Below the pieces are notes generated by a model. It saw nothing but the letters and a program-made list of their open reading frames with translations, was not told the DNA's origin and searched no databases. A stretch of 64,000 nt of DNA from an uncultured Chloroflexia bacterium (GTDB taxonomy: Bacteria > Chloroflexota > Limnocylindria > Limnocylindrales > CSP1-4), in NCBI GenBank assembly GCA_963833225.1, contig CAWHXD010000017.1:128001-192000 (forward strand), read 5' to 3'. The position numbers and the translations under genes were made by a program. Of this stretch, positions 49,464-60,915 are shown piece by piece; position 1 is the first letter of the stretch, and every line of letters starts with the position of its first letter.

Positions 49464-50887
49464 CGATCCAGTTCCACTTCGTCGAAGCCACCGGCCTCGT
49501 TCCGCACCAGGAGGACGCTTGCCGGCTCGCCGCCCGATCGGTCGTCATCGCGCCGCTCGCGGGCCAGCCGATAGACGATCAGCCAGGTCAGCACCGGGGC
49601 AAGCACGAGCAGGACACGGAACGCGACCGTCAGTGCCTCGACCGGAATGTCGACGATCACCGCCAGCACGTCGTTGCCGCCGGCGAGCGTCAGCACGAGG
49701 AACACGGCGATGAGCGCTGCTCCGGTCGCGGTCCGAATGGGGGTCCGCCACGGCGAGTCGAGCAGGTGATGCTCGGCGTGGTCCCCGGTGAGCCGAGCCT
49801 CGAGGAAGGGCCAGACGACGAGCGCCCCGACGAGCAGCCCCGGGATCAGCGCGCCGGGGATGAACGGGGACGGGATCGTCACCCCCAGGGCGGTTGGTTC
49901 GATCGGCAGGCCCAGGCGCAAGGCACCCTCCAGCCAGCCGACGTACCAGTCGGGCTGGGCGGGAACCGCGGCAAGGTATGGCACGTAGGGCCCATACAAC
50001 CAGACCGGGTTGATCTGCACGAGACCAGCCAGGAGCACGACCACGGCTGCGGTCAGGAAGAACAGGCCCAGGGAGCGAAACACCTGACCTGGCCAGAAGG
50101 AGAGGCCCACGACATTGTCCTCCCGGGTGCGTCTTCCCCGGTACTGCGTGTGCTTCTGGAGCCACAGCAGGCCGAGGTGGGCTCCGATCCCACCGACCAG
50201 CAGCCCCGGCAGGAGCATGACGTGGAAGGTGTACAGCCGGCTCAGGATGTCCGCGGTGGGAAACTCGCCACCGAAGAACAGCGACGCCACCCACGGGCCG
50301 ATGAACGGAATCGACAGCATGACCGAGTCGATGATCCGCAGTCCGGTGCCCGACAGCAGGTCGTCCGGGAGCGAGTACCCGGTGATCCCTTCCCCAAGGG
50401 CGAACAGCAGCAAGCCGAGGCCGATCAGGTAGTTGAGCTCACGCGGCCGCCGGAACGCACCGGTGAAGAAGATCCTGGCGAGATGGACCGCGATCGCGCC
50501 CAGGAAGATGAGTGCCGTCCAGTGGTGGACCTGGCGCATCAGCAGCCCGGCCTGGACCTCGAACGAGAGGCGCATCACCGAGGCGAACGCCGCGGAGACC
50601 TGCGCTCCGTCGAGCACCTGGTAGGACCCGCGGTAGGTCACCTCCCCGCCATCGGGGGTGTAGAAGAACGTCATGAACGTGCCAGTCGCGACGAGGATCA
50701 CGAAGCAGAACAGGGCGACCTCGCCAAGCAGGAAGCTCCAGTGATCGGGAAACACCTTGCGCATCGCGTGTCGAATTGTCGCGGCCACACCGGTGCGCCG
50801 GTCGACCCAGGCAACGAGCCGCTCAAGCTCCGTCTCCTCGACGCCCCCGCCTGACTCGTTGGCCGCGCCCCGCTCGAGCTCACCCAT
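49460..50887 (-). CDS. qcrB: Cytochrome b subunit of a bcc complex
   Basis: KVFPDHWSFLLGEVAL, RQVHHW, AFRRPRELN, TGYSLPDDLLSGTG and QPDWY motifs. Confidence 0.93.
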   Translation of the reverse strand: MGELERGAANESGGGVEETELERLVAWVDRRTGVAATIRHAMRKVFPDHWSFLLGEVALFCFVILVATGTFMTFFYTPDGGEVTYRGSYQVLDGAQVSAAFASVMRLSFEVQAGLLMRQVHHWTALIFLGAIAVHLARIFFTGAFRRPRELNYLIGLGLLLFALGEGITGYSLPDDLLSGTGLRIIDSVMLSIPFIGPWVASLFFGGEFPTADILSRLYTFHVMLLPGLLVGGIGAHLGLLWLQKHTQYRGRRTREDNVVGLSFWPGQVFRSLGLFFLTAAVVVLLAGLVQINPVWLYGPYVPYLAAVPAQPDWYVGWLEGALRLGLPIEPTALGVTIPSPFIPGALIPGLLVGALVVWPFLEARLTGDHAEHHLLDSPWRTPIRTATGAALIAVFLVLTLAGGNDVLAVIVDIPVEALTVAFRVLLVLAPVLTWLIVYRLARERRDDDRSGGEPASVLLVRNEAGGFDEVELDR

Positions 50888-51734
50888 CGGTCATGTTCCA
50901 GAAGGCCGGGCCGACTGGCTCGGGAAAGTCACCCAGCGCGACGAATGTCCCGTCCGCCTGGAGTTCGATGGGCAGCTGCGGCAGGGGCCGGGCGGCCGGT
51001 CCGAACACCGCGCTTGCCCCGTCGAGGACATCGAACGTGGACTGGTGGCACGGGCAGATCAGCCGATGCTCGGCGGCCCGGTAGAGACCGACGGGACAGC
51101 CGGCATGGGTGCACAGCTTGGAGTAGGCGACGTAGCCGTCCGGCGCCCAGGCAAGGCGGTCCGGTGGCAGCTGGAGCAGGTTGGGAATGACCCGGATGAG
51201 CAGCGTCTGGGCATCGGACGAACCGACGAACCCCTCGGGAAAGGCCGTCACCACGCCGTCGACGGGGAGATCGGCGGCGCGGATCGGCTGGCCGTCGAGA
51301 CCCACCAGCCGCAGCCCGCGACGCCACGGCGTCTCAAACAGGGCGCGACCGGGCGCTGGCCCGAGCGACAGCACGGGAATTGCCAGCGCTGCGGCCAGCC
51401 CGGCGAGAGAGGCGGCCAGCGCCCGCACCAGGAGGGAACGGCGGGTGATCGCTGCTTCCTCGTCGAGGATCTCCCGCTCCGCCTCGGGGTCAGCGGCATC
51501 AGCGACCGGGTGGCGGTCCTCGACGCGCAGGGTGTTGGGCAGCAGCCACTGCGACCAGGCGATGATCCCGATCCCGATGCCGCCCAGAGACGTCGCCAGC
51601 AGCACGGCCTCGGCCTGTGTCTGCCCGCCCGCGAGGTAGATCCCGAGCAGCGCCACGCCCGCGACCGCCGCCAGCAGGAACAGCAGCGCGATGATCCGCT
51701 CGACGCGGCTCGATCCCGGCGCCCGGCCGCTCAC
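50880..51734 (-). CDS. qcrA: Rieske Fe-S subunit (multi-TM, actinobacterial type)
   Basis: CTHAGC and CPCHQS boxes; internal twin-Arg TRRSLL before the third TM. Confidence 0.92.
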   Translation of the reverse strand: MSGRAPGSSRVERIIALLFLLAAVAGVALLGIYLAGGQTQAEAVLLATSLGGIGIGIIAWSQWLLPNTLRVEDRHPVADAADPEAEREILDEEAAITRRSLLVRALAASLAGLAAALAIPVLSLGPAPGRALFETPWRRGLRLVGLDGQPIRAADLPVDGVVTAFPEGFVGSSDAQTLLIRVIPNLLQLPPDRLAWAPDGYVAYSKLCTHAGCPVGLYRAAEHRLICPCHQSTFDVLDGASAVFGPAARPLPQLPIELQADGTFVALGDFPEPVGPAFWNMTDG

Positions 51735-52549
51735 GCCTCGGCCTCGCGTTCCCGGCGCACGGCGACCCAGCGCGCGACGAGGAGCAGGCCAGCCAGCACG
51801 AGGCCGGCGACGAAGCCCTCGGTCACAGGACCAACGGCCGGCCCCGTGGCGCCGCCGGGGTGGGGTGCCGAGCGCAGGTACTCGACGTACGCGGCCAGGT
51901 TGTTGCGTTCGGTCGGCGAGAACGAGAAGCGCGGCATCGGCCCCGGACCGGTCATGACCGCCTCGCCCACAGTGGTTGGATCCGCCATCGTCAGCGCCGG
52001 TGCGACGAATCCCCCACCGACGGAACCGCCGCCGCCGGCCGGTCCATGGCAGGCCGCACAGTTCGCGACGAACAGGTCCCGACCAAGCCCCGTGTCTGCA
52101 CCCGAGACGACCACGTTCGGGATCGCCGGCCCGCTGCCCAGCGAGGCCACGTAGGCCACGAGCGCCTGGATGTCCGCTTCATCGAATTGGGGTGGCCCGC
52201 GCCGGGCCGGTGCCGCCGGGTCGGCAAGCGGCATGCGTCCCGTCCGCAGCACGAAGTCCGCCAGCGCCGCGCCTGCCCCGCGGATGTCGGGACCGACATC
52301 GGTCCCCGAGCCCTGCGGCCCATGACAGGCCGCGCAGCTGGTCAGGAACAGCTGTTCACCGCGGCCCGCGAGCGTCACGGCGGACGTCGTCACGGTTGTG
52401 CTCGCGGGCGCCTGGGCACCCAGCACCGCGCCTGCGGCAGTGAGGGCAACGAGCAGGAGGCCGAACAACGCGACGTAGCCGGCCGCGACTTGCTTGCCGG
52501 AGAGCGTTCGCCTTCTTGCCGGCCGACGCCGGGAGCGGGCCGATGACAC
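51731..52549 (-). CDS. qcrC: Diheme cytochrome c subunit
   Basis: Two CAACH motifs, TGRMP, GPGPMP and GPVTEG plus a C-terminal TM. Confidence 0.9.
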   Translation of the reverse strand: MSSARSRRRPARRRTLSGKQVAAGYVALFGLLLVALTAAGAVLGAQAPASTTVTTSAVTLAGRGEQLFLTSCAACHGPQGSGTDVGPDIRGAGAALADFVLRTGRMPLADPAAPARRGPPQFDEADIQALVAYVASLGSGPAIPNVVVSGADTGLGRDLFVANCAACHGPAGGGGSVGGGFVAPALTMADPTTVGEAVMTGPGPMPRFSFSPTERNNLAAYVEYLRSAPHPGGATGPAVGPVTEGFVAGLVLAGLLLVARWVAVRREREAEA

Positions 52550-52731
52550 CGCGGGGGTCGCGTTCGCGGGATCTATCTCCGCCTCCTGCGTGCTAGGGCC
52601 CTCCTATCCTAGCCGCAAGGATGGATCATTTCCACGAGCGCCGCCCATCGGGCGCGATCGCAGGCGTCCCGTGAGCGCCGTCGGCGATCGATCGCTCTCA
52701 TGTCGCCCAGCCGCGGAGGACAGCCGCCCCG

Positions 52732-53085
52732 ATGCTCGCCGATCTTCACCGCTTGGTCGCGCTCCTCACCGCCGTGGCCGTCGGAGCCCTGCTCCTGGTC
52801 GTCCTGGCCGGGGCCGTGACTCACCACCAGCGGCGTTTCGCGCGGGACCGCGCGATCCTGGCCGGCGTCACGCTCGTCATCATCGCAGCCCTGGCCGGCG
52901 GTCTGCTGCTGGCAGGTGGCAGCCGGCCGGACGACCCGCTGCACCTGCTGTATGCCGCGGTCGCCTTGATCATCCTGCCGCTTGTCCGCTTCTGGGACCG
53001 CCTGGCAGGCAGGCGCGCCTTGGCGGTTGCCACCGGAGCCGTGATCCTCGCGCTGCTGCTGCTGCGGCTGTTCCAGACAGGCTGA
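52732..53085 (+). CDS. Small 4-TM membrane protein
   Basis: GGAGG RBS; four hydrophobic helices; LHLLYA motif and C-terminal RLFQTG. Confidence 0.72.
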   Translation: MLADLHRLVALLTAVAVGALLLVVLAGAVTHHQRRFARDRAILAGVTLVIIAALAGGLLLAGGSRPDDPLHLLYAAVALIILPLVRFWDRLAGRRALAVATGAVILALLLLRLFQTG

Positions 53086-53136
53086 CCGACGCCTCGCGAG
53101 GCCTGACGAGCCTGCCGCGGGTCCCCCGGACCCGGC

Positions 53137-54450
<1,314 letters not shown>

Positions 54451-54460
54451 GGCTCCTGCG

Positions 54461-55147
54461 CTACCTCCCCGTTGCCGGACTCGGACCTTCATCCGAGATG
54501 GCGTCCGCCAACGAGGAACCCGCGCCGCCGGACAGCGCCGCGTCGTGCGCCTGCGCGATCAGGGAGTCACCCGGCAACGTGTAGACCGAATCGATGATGC
54601 CATATCCCTTGGCCTCTTCGGGCGACATGAACTTGTCACGGTTCGTGTCCTGCTCCACCGCCTCGATCGGCTGGCCGGTGTGCTGGGCCAGGATCTCGAT
54701 GTTGCGCTTGACGAGATATTCCCACTCTCGCATCTGGATCACGGCGTCGGGCGCGTTGCCACGGAACCCGCCCGACCCCTGGTGGATCATGATCCGGCTG
54801 TTGGGCAGGGCATACCGCTTCCCGGGCGCGCCGGCGGCGAGCAGGACGGCCGCCATCGAGGCCGCCATGCCGATGCAGATCGTGCTGACCGGCGCCCGGA
54901 GGTACTGCATCGTGTCGTAGATCGCGAGGCCCGCGTTGACCACGCCACCGGGCGAGTTGATGTACAGGCTGATGTCCTTCTCGGGGTCCTCGGACTCCAG
55001 GAACAGCAGCTGGGCGATGACGAGGTTGGCGAGGTGATCCTCGATCGCGTCGCCGAGGAAGATGATCCGCTCGCGGAGCAGGCGCGAGTAGATGTCGTAC
55101 GCGCGTTCCCCACGACTGGTGGATTCGATGACCATCGGGACGAGCAT
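54461..55147 (-). CDS. clpP: ATP-dependent Clp protease proteolytic subunit
   Basis: [21 protein letters not shown] and MIHQG motifs. Alternative start at 55177. Confidence 0.96.
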   Translation of the reverse strand: MLVPMVIESTSRGERAYDIYSRLLRERIIFLGDAIEDHLANLVIAQLLFLESEDPEKDISLYINSPGGVVNAGLAIYDTMQYLRAPVSTICIGMAASMAAVLLAAGAPGKRYALPNSRIMIHQGSGGFRGNAPDAVIQMREWEYLVKRNIEILAQHTGQPIEAVEQDTNRDKFMSPEEAKGYGIIDSVYTLPGDSLIAQAHDAALSGGAGSSLADAISDEGPSPATGR

Positions 55148-55195
55148 CGCGGGTCTCCCCTGGGTGTGGTCGGACATCGCCGGCGTGAGCGTTGG

Positions 55196-56605
55196 CTAGT
55201 CGATGGCAGCCGGGAGGGCACCCGGGTCGGTGGCGTCGACGGACGCGTTGGCTTCAGCCTGGGGGGCGTCGACGGCCGAGGGCTCGTCGTCCTCCAGGTG
55301 CGGCAGCGGCGGGTGCTCGGGATGGGCGGCCAGCCAGCGATCCACGAGGGTCTCCACGAGCCGGGTCCGCCGGAGCGTGCTGCGAATGAAGTTGCGGCCA
55401 CGCTCGGACTCGAAGTACCGGCCGGTCTTGGGGTCTTCGTAGCGTGCGAGGGCCGTCTGCACCTGTGCCTCGACGTCGGCCTCGGGGATCTCGATCCCCT
55501 CGGCGTCCGCGATCTTGCTGAGCACGAGGAGCACCTTCGTCCGGTGCTCGGCACGGGGCCGGAACTCGGCGTGGAGGTCCGTCTCGCTCTGGCCCGTGGC
55601 CTTGAGGTAGGCGGCCTCGCCGATCCCCTGGCGAGCGAGCTGCGATCGGAACTCGTCGTGCATCACCTCGACCTCCTGGTCCACGAGGACCTCCGGGAGC
55701 TCGATGGTGCTGTTGGCGACGGCATACTCGATGATCTTGTCGGCGAACTCGTGGCGCGCACGATCGAGCGCGTTGCGGCGCAGCCGCTGATCGACATCGG
55801 CCTTGAGCGCCGCCAGGTCCGCGTACTCGCCCATGTTCCGGGCGAAGTCGTCGTCCGCGGGCGGCATGACCTTCTCGCGCAGCTCCTTGAGGTCCACGTG
55901 GAAGCGGACCGGCTGGCCGGCGAGGCTCTCCTCCGCATAGTCCTCCGGGAAGGTGATGTCGAAGTCCGTGGACTCGCCCGGCCGGAGGCCGACGATGTTC
56001 GCCTCGAAGCCCGGGATCAGGCGGTCCTCGCCGAGGATGAGCGGCATGCGCTCCGAGGTGCCACCGTCGAACGGGGCACCGTCCTTCGTCCCGGCGAACC
56101 CGATGACGGCCCAGTCCCCGTCCTGCGCGGCGCGCTCCTCGACGGCCGCGAGGGTCGCGTTCTGGTCCCGCAGCTCGTCGATGACCTTGTCGACCTTGTC
56201 CGGGGTGACGTCCTCGATCTCGGGCGCGAAGTTGTACCCGGCGTAGTCGCCCAGCTCCACCTCGGGCCGGACCTGGACCGTCGCCTTGAACTTGAGCGGC
56301 TTGCCCTCCTCGGCGTCGACCAGCTCCACGTCGGCGTTGGTGAGCGGGACGATGCCCTGCTCGACGATCGCGTCCCGGTAGGCAACCTGGACGAGCTGCT
56401 CGACGGCCTCGTCGAGCACCGCCGTAGGCCCGAGGACGCGCTCGAGGATCGGCCGTGGGGCCTTGCCGGGGCGGAAACCCGCCACGCGTGTCCGCCTCGA
56501 GAGGCGCTGCGTGGCGTCGCGCATGGCGCGGTCCAGCCGATCGGCGGGGACCTCGATCTCGAGGAGGATGGAGCTCTTGGGGGCAGGGGTGGCCGTCACA
56601 TTCAT
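55196..56605 (-). CDS. tig: Trigger factor
   Basis: GFRPGKAP ribosome-binding motif and FKBP domain LIPGFE...TFPEDY; upstream of clpPX. Confidence 0.95.
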   Translation of the reverse strand: MNVTATPAPKSSILLEIEVPADRLDRAMRDATQRLSRRTRVAGFRPGKAPRPILERVLGPTAVLDEAVEQLVQVAYRDAIVEQGIVPLTNADVELVDAEEGKPLKFKATVQVRPEVELGDYAGYNFAPEIEDVTPDKVDKVIDELRDQNATLAAVEERAAQDGDWAVIGFAGTKDGAPFDGGTSERMPLILGEDRLIPGFEANIVGLRPGESTDFDITFPEDYAEESLAGQPVRFHVDLKELREKVMPPADDDFARNMGEYADLAALKADVDQRLRRNALDRARHEFADKIIEYAVANSTIELPEVLVDQEVEVMHDEFRSQLARQGIGEAAYLKATGQSETDLHAEFRPRAEHRTKVLLVLSKIADAEGIEIPEADVEAQVQTALARYEDPKTGRYFESERGRNFIRSTLRRTRLVETLVDRWLAAHPEHPPLPHLEDDEPSAVDAPQAEANASVDATDPGALPAAID

Positions 56606-56766
56606 CGCCGGGCGAGTATAGGGTGGGTCGGCGGTCGGGGCGGCGAGGTGACGCCATCCCCCGATCGGCGCCGGCGTGTCGGTCCGCGGTGCGAACGGCG
56701 GCGAAGGCCCGGTCGGGTGGGGCTGTCGCGATCCGGACATGGTCCGCGCGCTAGACTCGGCGTCAC

Positions 56767-56854
56767 GGGCGAGTGGCGAAATGGCAGACGCGCCGGCCTT
56801 AGGAGCCGGTGTTCCGTGAGGAACGTGTCGGTTCGACTCCGACCTCGCCTACCA
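56767..56854 (+). tRNA. tRNA-Leu (anticodon TAG) with encoded CCA
   Basis: Acceptor stem GGGCGAG/CTCGCCT, anticodon arm CCGGC-CTTAGGA-GCCGG, long variable arm, T arm GTCGG-TTCGACT-CCGAC, ACCA end; TAGACT at 56752-56757. Confidence 0.95.
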
Positions 56855-56868
56855 GCCTCCCGGTGGCG

Positions 56869-57438
56869 TCAGGACGGCTTGTCGATCCCCGCTGCGGCCC
56901 GCCTGGCACGGACCTTGTCCAGCTGCTCGCGCAGCTGGGTCGGGTCCGCCGTCGTGAGCTGGTCCACGATCTGCTTCCCGTAGCGCGCGATGAGCGGCTT
57001 GCCGGCGCTCCTGAGCAGCGATGAGATCGTCCCCGACAGGTCCCGGCTCTTGCGCTCGGGCGCCTTCTCGTCGAGGTAGGCCGCGAACTCGCGCTCGATC
57101 GTGCCGCGGACCCTGGCCCCGTCGTCACCGAGCTTGCCGAGCGCCTCGTCGATCTCCTTGGGCAGCAGCGACTTGGGCAGCGGATCCGGTGTCCCGAACA
57201 CGGCGTTCCGAGCCCGGCGGAACAGCCGCCGGGGGCCACCCACCACGAGGAACGCGGCACCGGTCGCCACGCCCGCGGCCTTGACCGGGTTGCGCCTGAC
57301 CTTGCTCTTGATGTCGACCGCGGCGCGCGCCGAAGCCTCGAGCCGGACGAGCTCCTCGTCGAGGCTCGCCCGTGAGGCCAGCAGCGCCTCTCGCGCCGCT
57401 ACGACCTCGGGGTGCGGGGCACTCGCGCCTTCGCCCAC
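56869..57438 (-). CDS. Hypothetical protein, DUF3618/YqjK-like
   Basis: Coiled segment AREALLASRASLDEELVRLE, then RRNPVKAAGVATGAAFLVVGG; overlaps the holin-like gene. Confidence 0.6.
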   Translation of the reverse strand: MGEGASAPHPEVVAAREALLASRASLDEELVRLEASARAAVDIKSKVRRNPVKAAGVATGAAFLVVGGPRRLFRRARNAVFGTPDPLPKSLLPKEIDEALGKLGDDGARVRGTIEREFAAYLDEKAPERKSRDLSGTISSLLRSAGKPLIARYGKQIVDQLTTADPTQLREQLDKVRARRAAAGIDKPS

Positions 57439-58223
57439 TCGATGCTCTCCTTCGCGGTGTCGATGGTGGTGGAGGGATAGAACCGGTTCTTCAGTGCCTC
57501 GGTGTCGATGCCCTGGCGCTGGGTCCGGAGCCCGCTGAGGATGGGCCAGGCCAGCAGGAACGCCGCGACGCCGAGCGCCGCGCCGACACGGAGCCCGAAC
57601 GTGATCGAGAGGAACGCGCCCGCCAGCACGCCAGCGATGAGGCCCCCGACCAGCCCGCCGATCGCGCCGGAACCGCCGCCGGCCCTGGCGCCCAGCACCA
57701 GCCCGACCACGGCGCCGAGGATGCCGACGATGACGACCCCCAGCACGAGCGGCCGGACCGCCGGATCGACGCTCAGGCCGGACGCATCGCCGATCGACCG
57801 GAACAGCGCATTCGGGAGATCGAAGCCGAGCACGAGCCCGACGACCACGCCCACGACCAGCGCGATGACGATGTCGACCGCCAGCCCGGGGATGCGCAGC
57901 GCGACCAGCACCGCCATCACGGCGACCGCGACCAGCAGCTCGGAGCCGAGCAGGAGGCCCCAGCCGATCGAGCCGAACACCCACTCCCCGACGAACAGCA
58001 TGCCGCCGATCGAGAGCAGGAGCGTGAGCAGGATGATGCTAGCGAGGGCAACCCCGCCCAGCGCCGCGGCTCGCGCGACCTCGCCCTTGATCGCGTCGAT
58101 CTCAGCCTTGGCCAGCTCGATGTGGGCCCGGACGAAGCTGATCGCCGCCTGGCGGGTTGCGCCGAACTGCGCTCGAAGCCCGGGCTCGGGCGCGGGCGCG
58201 GGCGCGGGCGACGCGGGGTCCAT
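57399..58223 (-). CDS. Holin-X/YqjE-like membrane protein with extra TM segments
   Basis: FVRAHIELAKAEI at the N-terminus and PSTTIDTAKESIEWAK at the C-terminus; start uncertain. Confidence 0.65.
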   Translation of the reverse strand: MDPASPAPAPAPEPGLRAQFGATRQAAISFVRAHIELAKAEIDAIKGEVARAAALGGVALASIILLTLLLSIGGMLFVGEWVFGSIGWGLLLGSELLVAVAVMAVLVALRIPGLAVDIVIALVVGVVVGLVLGFDLPNALFRSIGDASGLSVDPAVRPLVLGVVIVGILGAVVGLVLGARAGGGSGAIGGLVGGLIAGVLAGAFLSITFGLRVGAALGVAAFLLAWPILSGLRTQRQGIDTEALKNRFYPSTTIDTAKESIEWAKARVPRTPRS

Positions 58224-58375
58224 GGCGGGTTGTTCGGCGTCCAGCGGTTGTCCTCCGCGGCAGTGATTGGCGGTCATCGGGGGGAGCCCGTTCATGATAC
58301 CAGCGTGGTCCTCGCCGCCCCAGCGGCACGCCCGCCGACACCCGCGCACCGTCCCCGTCGCGATACGCTCCGCGC

Positions 58376-59578
58376 ATGACCGACGCCCCGCATCCACCGA
58401 CCTCACCCCGCCCCATCGTCGCCGCCGAGCTGCTCGCCATCGGCTCCGAGCTGACGGTGGGCGAGACGACCGACACGAACAGCGGTGAGCTGGCCCGCTC
58501 ACTGGTCGCCAGCGGGGTCCACGTCACGCGGATCGCGAACCTCCCGGACGACCTGCCCACGGTGGTCGAGGCGCTTCGCACCGCGCTCACCCGCGCCGAC
58601 CTCGTGGTCACCACCGGCGGTCTCGGGCCGACGCCGGACGACCTGACCCGGGAGGCGGTCGCCGAGACCTGTGGCGAGACGGTCTCCGTCGATCCGGAGG
58701 TCCTGGACTGGCTCAAGGGGCTGTGGGCGCGGCGGGGCCACCCGTTCCCGTCGGTCAACGTCAAACAGGCCTGGACCATTCCGTCCGCCACGAGCCTGCC
58801 CAACCCGAACGGCACGGCCCCGGGCTGGCTCGTCGACCGGCCCGACGGCCGCGTGATCGTCACCCTGCCCGGTCCTCCGCGCGAGATGCGGCCGATGTGG
58901 GCCGAACAGGCCCTGCCCCGTCTCGCGGCTCGTGGCGTTGGCGGCGACCTCGTCGTGCGCACGCTGCGGCTGCACGGGATCGGCGAGTCCCAGCTGGCCG
59001 AGGAGCTGGGCGAGGCCATCCTGCGAGCGGCGAACCCGGTCGTTGCGACCTATGCGCGGGCCGAGGCCGTGGACGTGCGGATCAGCGCCCGGCCCGACGC
59101 GGGTCGCAGCGCGGACCAGATCGCAGACGAGGCCGAGGCCGCGCTCATGGCCCTGCTCGGGCGATACGTGTGGGCACATGGCTCGACGACCTGGGCCGGC
59201 GCCATCGGCGAGGCCCTCGCGACCCGGGGCTGGACGCTGGCCACGACAGAGCGCGGCACCGCGGGCGCGCTGGTCGGGCTGCTCCGCGGCCTGCCGGCCC
59301 TCGCCCGCGCGGAGGTGGACAACGACCGCACCCTCGCGGTCGACGCCGCGACCGTGGCCACCGAGGCGGAGCGCGTCCGCACAGCGGCGGGCGCCGACGT
59401 GGGCTTCGCCCTGGCCACCATCGACCGCGACGTCGACACCCGGGTCATCGTTGCGGTCGCGACCCCGTCCGGGACCCACGGTGACGAGCGGCTGGCCTTC
59501 CAGCGCGGCGCGCAGGGCGCGGACCGCGCGGCGATCGCCGGGGTCGCGGTCCTGCTGGCGGTGCTCCGGGACACCTAG
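58376..59578 (+). CDS. cinA: CinA family protein (MocF-like domain plus degenerate PncC domain)
   Basis: ELLAIGSEL...DTNS, TTGGLGPTPDDLTRE, NPNGTAPG, LPGPPREM and GIGES motifs. Confidence 0.87.
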   Translation: MTDAPHPPTSPRPIVAAELLAIGSELTVGETTDTNSGELARSLVASGVHVTRIANLPDDLPTVVEALRTALTRADLVVTTGGLGPTPDDLTREAVAETCGETVSVDPEVLDWLKGLWARRGHPFPSVNVKQAWTIPSATSLPNPNGTAPGWLVDRPDGRVIVTLPGPPREMRPMWAEQALPRLAARGVGGDLVVRTLRLHGIGESQLAEELGEAILRAANPVVATYARAEAVDVRISARPDAGRSADQIADEAEAALMALLGRYVWAHGSTTWAGAIGEALATRGWTLATTERGTAGALVGLLRGLPALARAEVDNDRTLAVDAATVATEAERVRTAAGADVGFALATIDRDVDTRVIVAVATPSGTHGDERLAFQRGAQGADRAAIAGVAVLLAVLRDT

Positions 59579-60903
59579 CCCCGGCGGTCGGCGAGGGCCT
59601 CCCGGACGGCGCCGATGAACGGCCGGTGCCGAACGGCGCGAGGCCATGCCACGCGCTCCAGGCCGGCGAATGCCAGGTGCGCGCGGATCGCCTCCGCGAC
59701 CGCGGCGGGGAACCCCGGCTGCGCGGCATCGTCGAGCGCGTCGAAGCCATCCTCCCACCACAGCCCCAGGATGCGCAGCGTGCCGGTCCGCCGATCGATC
59801 CGCGGCTCGATCCGGCCCACGATGCGGTCCCCGTACAGCAGGGGCAGCACGTAGTACCCCCAGCGCCGCTTCGCTTCCGGGACGTAGACCTCCCACACGT
59901 AGTCGAACCCGAACAGCCGGCGGGCGAGGTCCCGGTCCCACATCAGCGGATCGAGCGGTGCGAGGAACGCAACCCCGGCCGGCGATCCTCCGGGTGCAGG
60001 CGGCGCCACCCCGCGGTCCTCCGCCGCCACCTCGCGCTCGGCCTGTTCGAGCCATGCCAGGTCCTCCGCCACGAGGTACCGCGACCCCTTCAGCCCTTCC
60101 ACGTCGACGGTCACGAGGTCGCCGGCCTCCACGAGCTCCGCGTGGAGCGCCCGCCGCCCCGGGGTCTGCAGCGGGACGCCATCCTCGACCCCGAGCGCCT
60201 CCCGGGGTGAGGTGCCAAACCACAGCTCCGGGCTGCCGGTCGCCCCCAGCAGACCATGGGCGCGGTACCGAGACAGCAGGCGGTGCCGGAACTGGTCGCG
60301 GACGGCCGGCCGGAGCGCCAGCACGTCCGCCGGCAGCAGACGCTCGGCGAGGTCGTACACCCGCCGGTTCCCCTCCCGTCGGGCGATGCCCAGGATCCCG
60401 GCCTCCGCAAGAGCTTCGAGCACCGCACGCACCTGGTTCGTCGGTCGCCAGTACCAGTCGATGGCTGCCCGGGGCTCGATGTCCGTGGACGAGAGCGGCC
60501 CCTCGGCCCGAATCCGGTCGAGCAGCTCCTCGACCAGCGGCGCGTGCGCATCGAAGGCACCGCCCTCGTGCCGCACGCGGGCCCGGTCCCAGGTCACGCG
60601 GTGCCACGGGATGGCTGTCGTGGGCAGCAGGCTGAGGCCCTTGTTGTACGCCTCGAACAGCTCCCGGCGGTCGTAGAGGAGGGCGTCGGTCATCTGCCGC
60701 CGATAGCCCGCCACCCGCGCCAGCAGGACAAGGTCGTGGTTGCGACCGGCGACCTCGAGCGGGTCGAACTGGATGCTGCCCAGTCGCTCGAACACGCGAA
60801 GCACGCTGCCCTCGCCGGGAGGCAGCGATCGCGGCGGAGCCAGGAGGTGCCGCAGCACGAGGAAGCGGCGCGCAACCGCCGCCGAGGCCCGGTACGGGGT
60901 CAC
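59575..60903 (-). CDS. HTH_42 / YcaQ-like crosslink-repair DNA glycosylase
   Basis: IQFDPL (QxD motif), LAPLDPLMWDR and WEVYVPEAKRRWGYYVLPLL. Confidence 0.87.
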   Translation of the reverse strand: MTPYRASAAVARRFLVLRHLLAPPRSLPPGEGSVLRVFERLGSIQFDPLEVAGRNHDLVLLARVAGYRRQMTDALLYDRRELFEAYNKGLSLLPTTAIPWHRVTWDRARVRHEGGAFDAHAPLVEELLDRIRAEGPLSSTDIEPRAAIDWYWRPTNQVRAVLEALAEAGILGIARREGNRRVYDLAERLLPADVLALRPAVRDQFRHRLLSRYRAHGLLGATGSPELWFGTSPREALGVEDGVPLQTPGRRALHAELVEAGDLVTVDVEGLKGSRYLVAEDLAWLEQAEREVAAEDRGVAPPAPGGSPAGVAFLAPLDPLMWDRDLARRLFGFDYVWEVYVPEAKRRWGYYVLPLLYGDRIVGRIEPRIDRRTGTLRILGLWWEDGFDALDDAAQPGFPAAVAEAIRAHLAFAGLERVAWPRAVRHRPFIGAVREALADRRG

Positions 60904-60915
60904 GAGGCTGGGCGG

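Noticed and set aside
56767-58223. tRNA-Leu plus holin-like gene as a prophage or island boundary
   Set aside because: No integrase or structural phage genes, I saw no duplicate of the tRNA 3' end, and the flanks are housekeeping genes.
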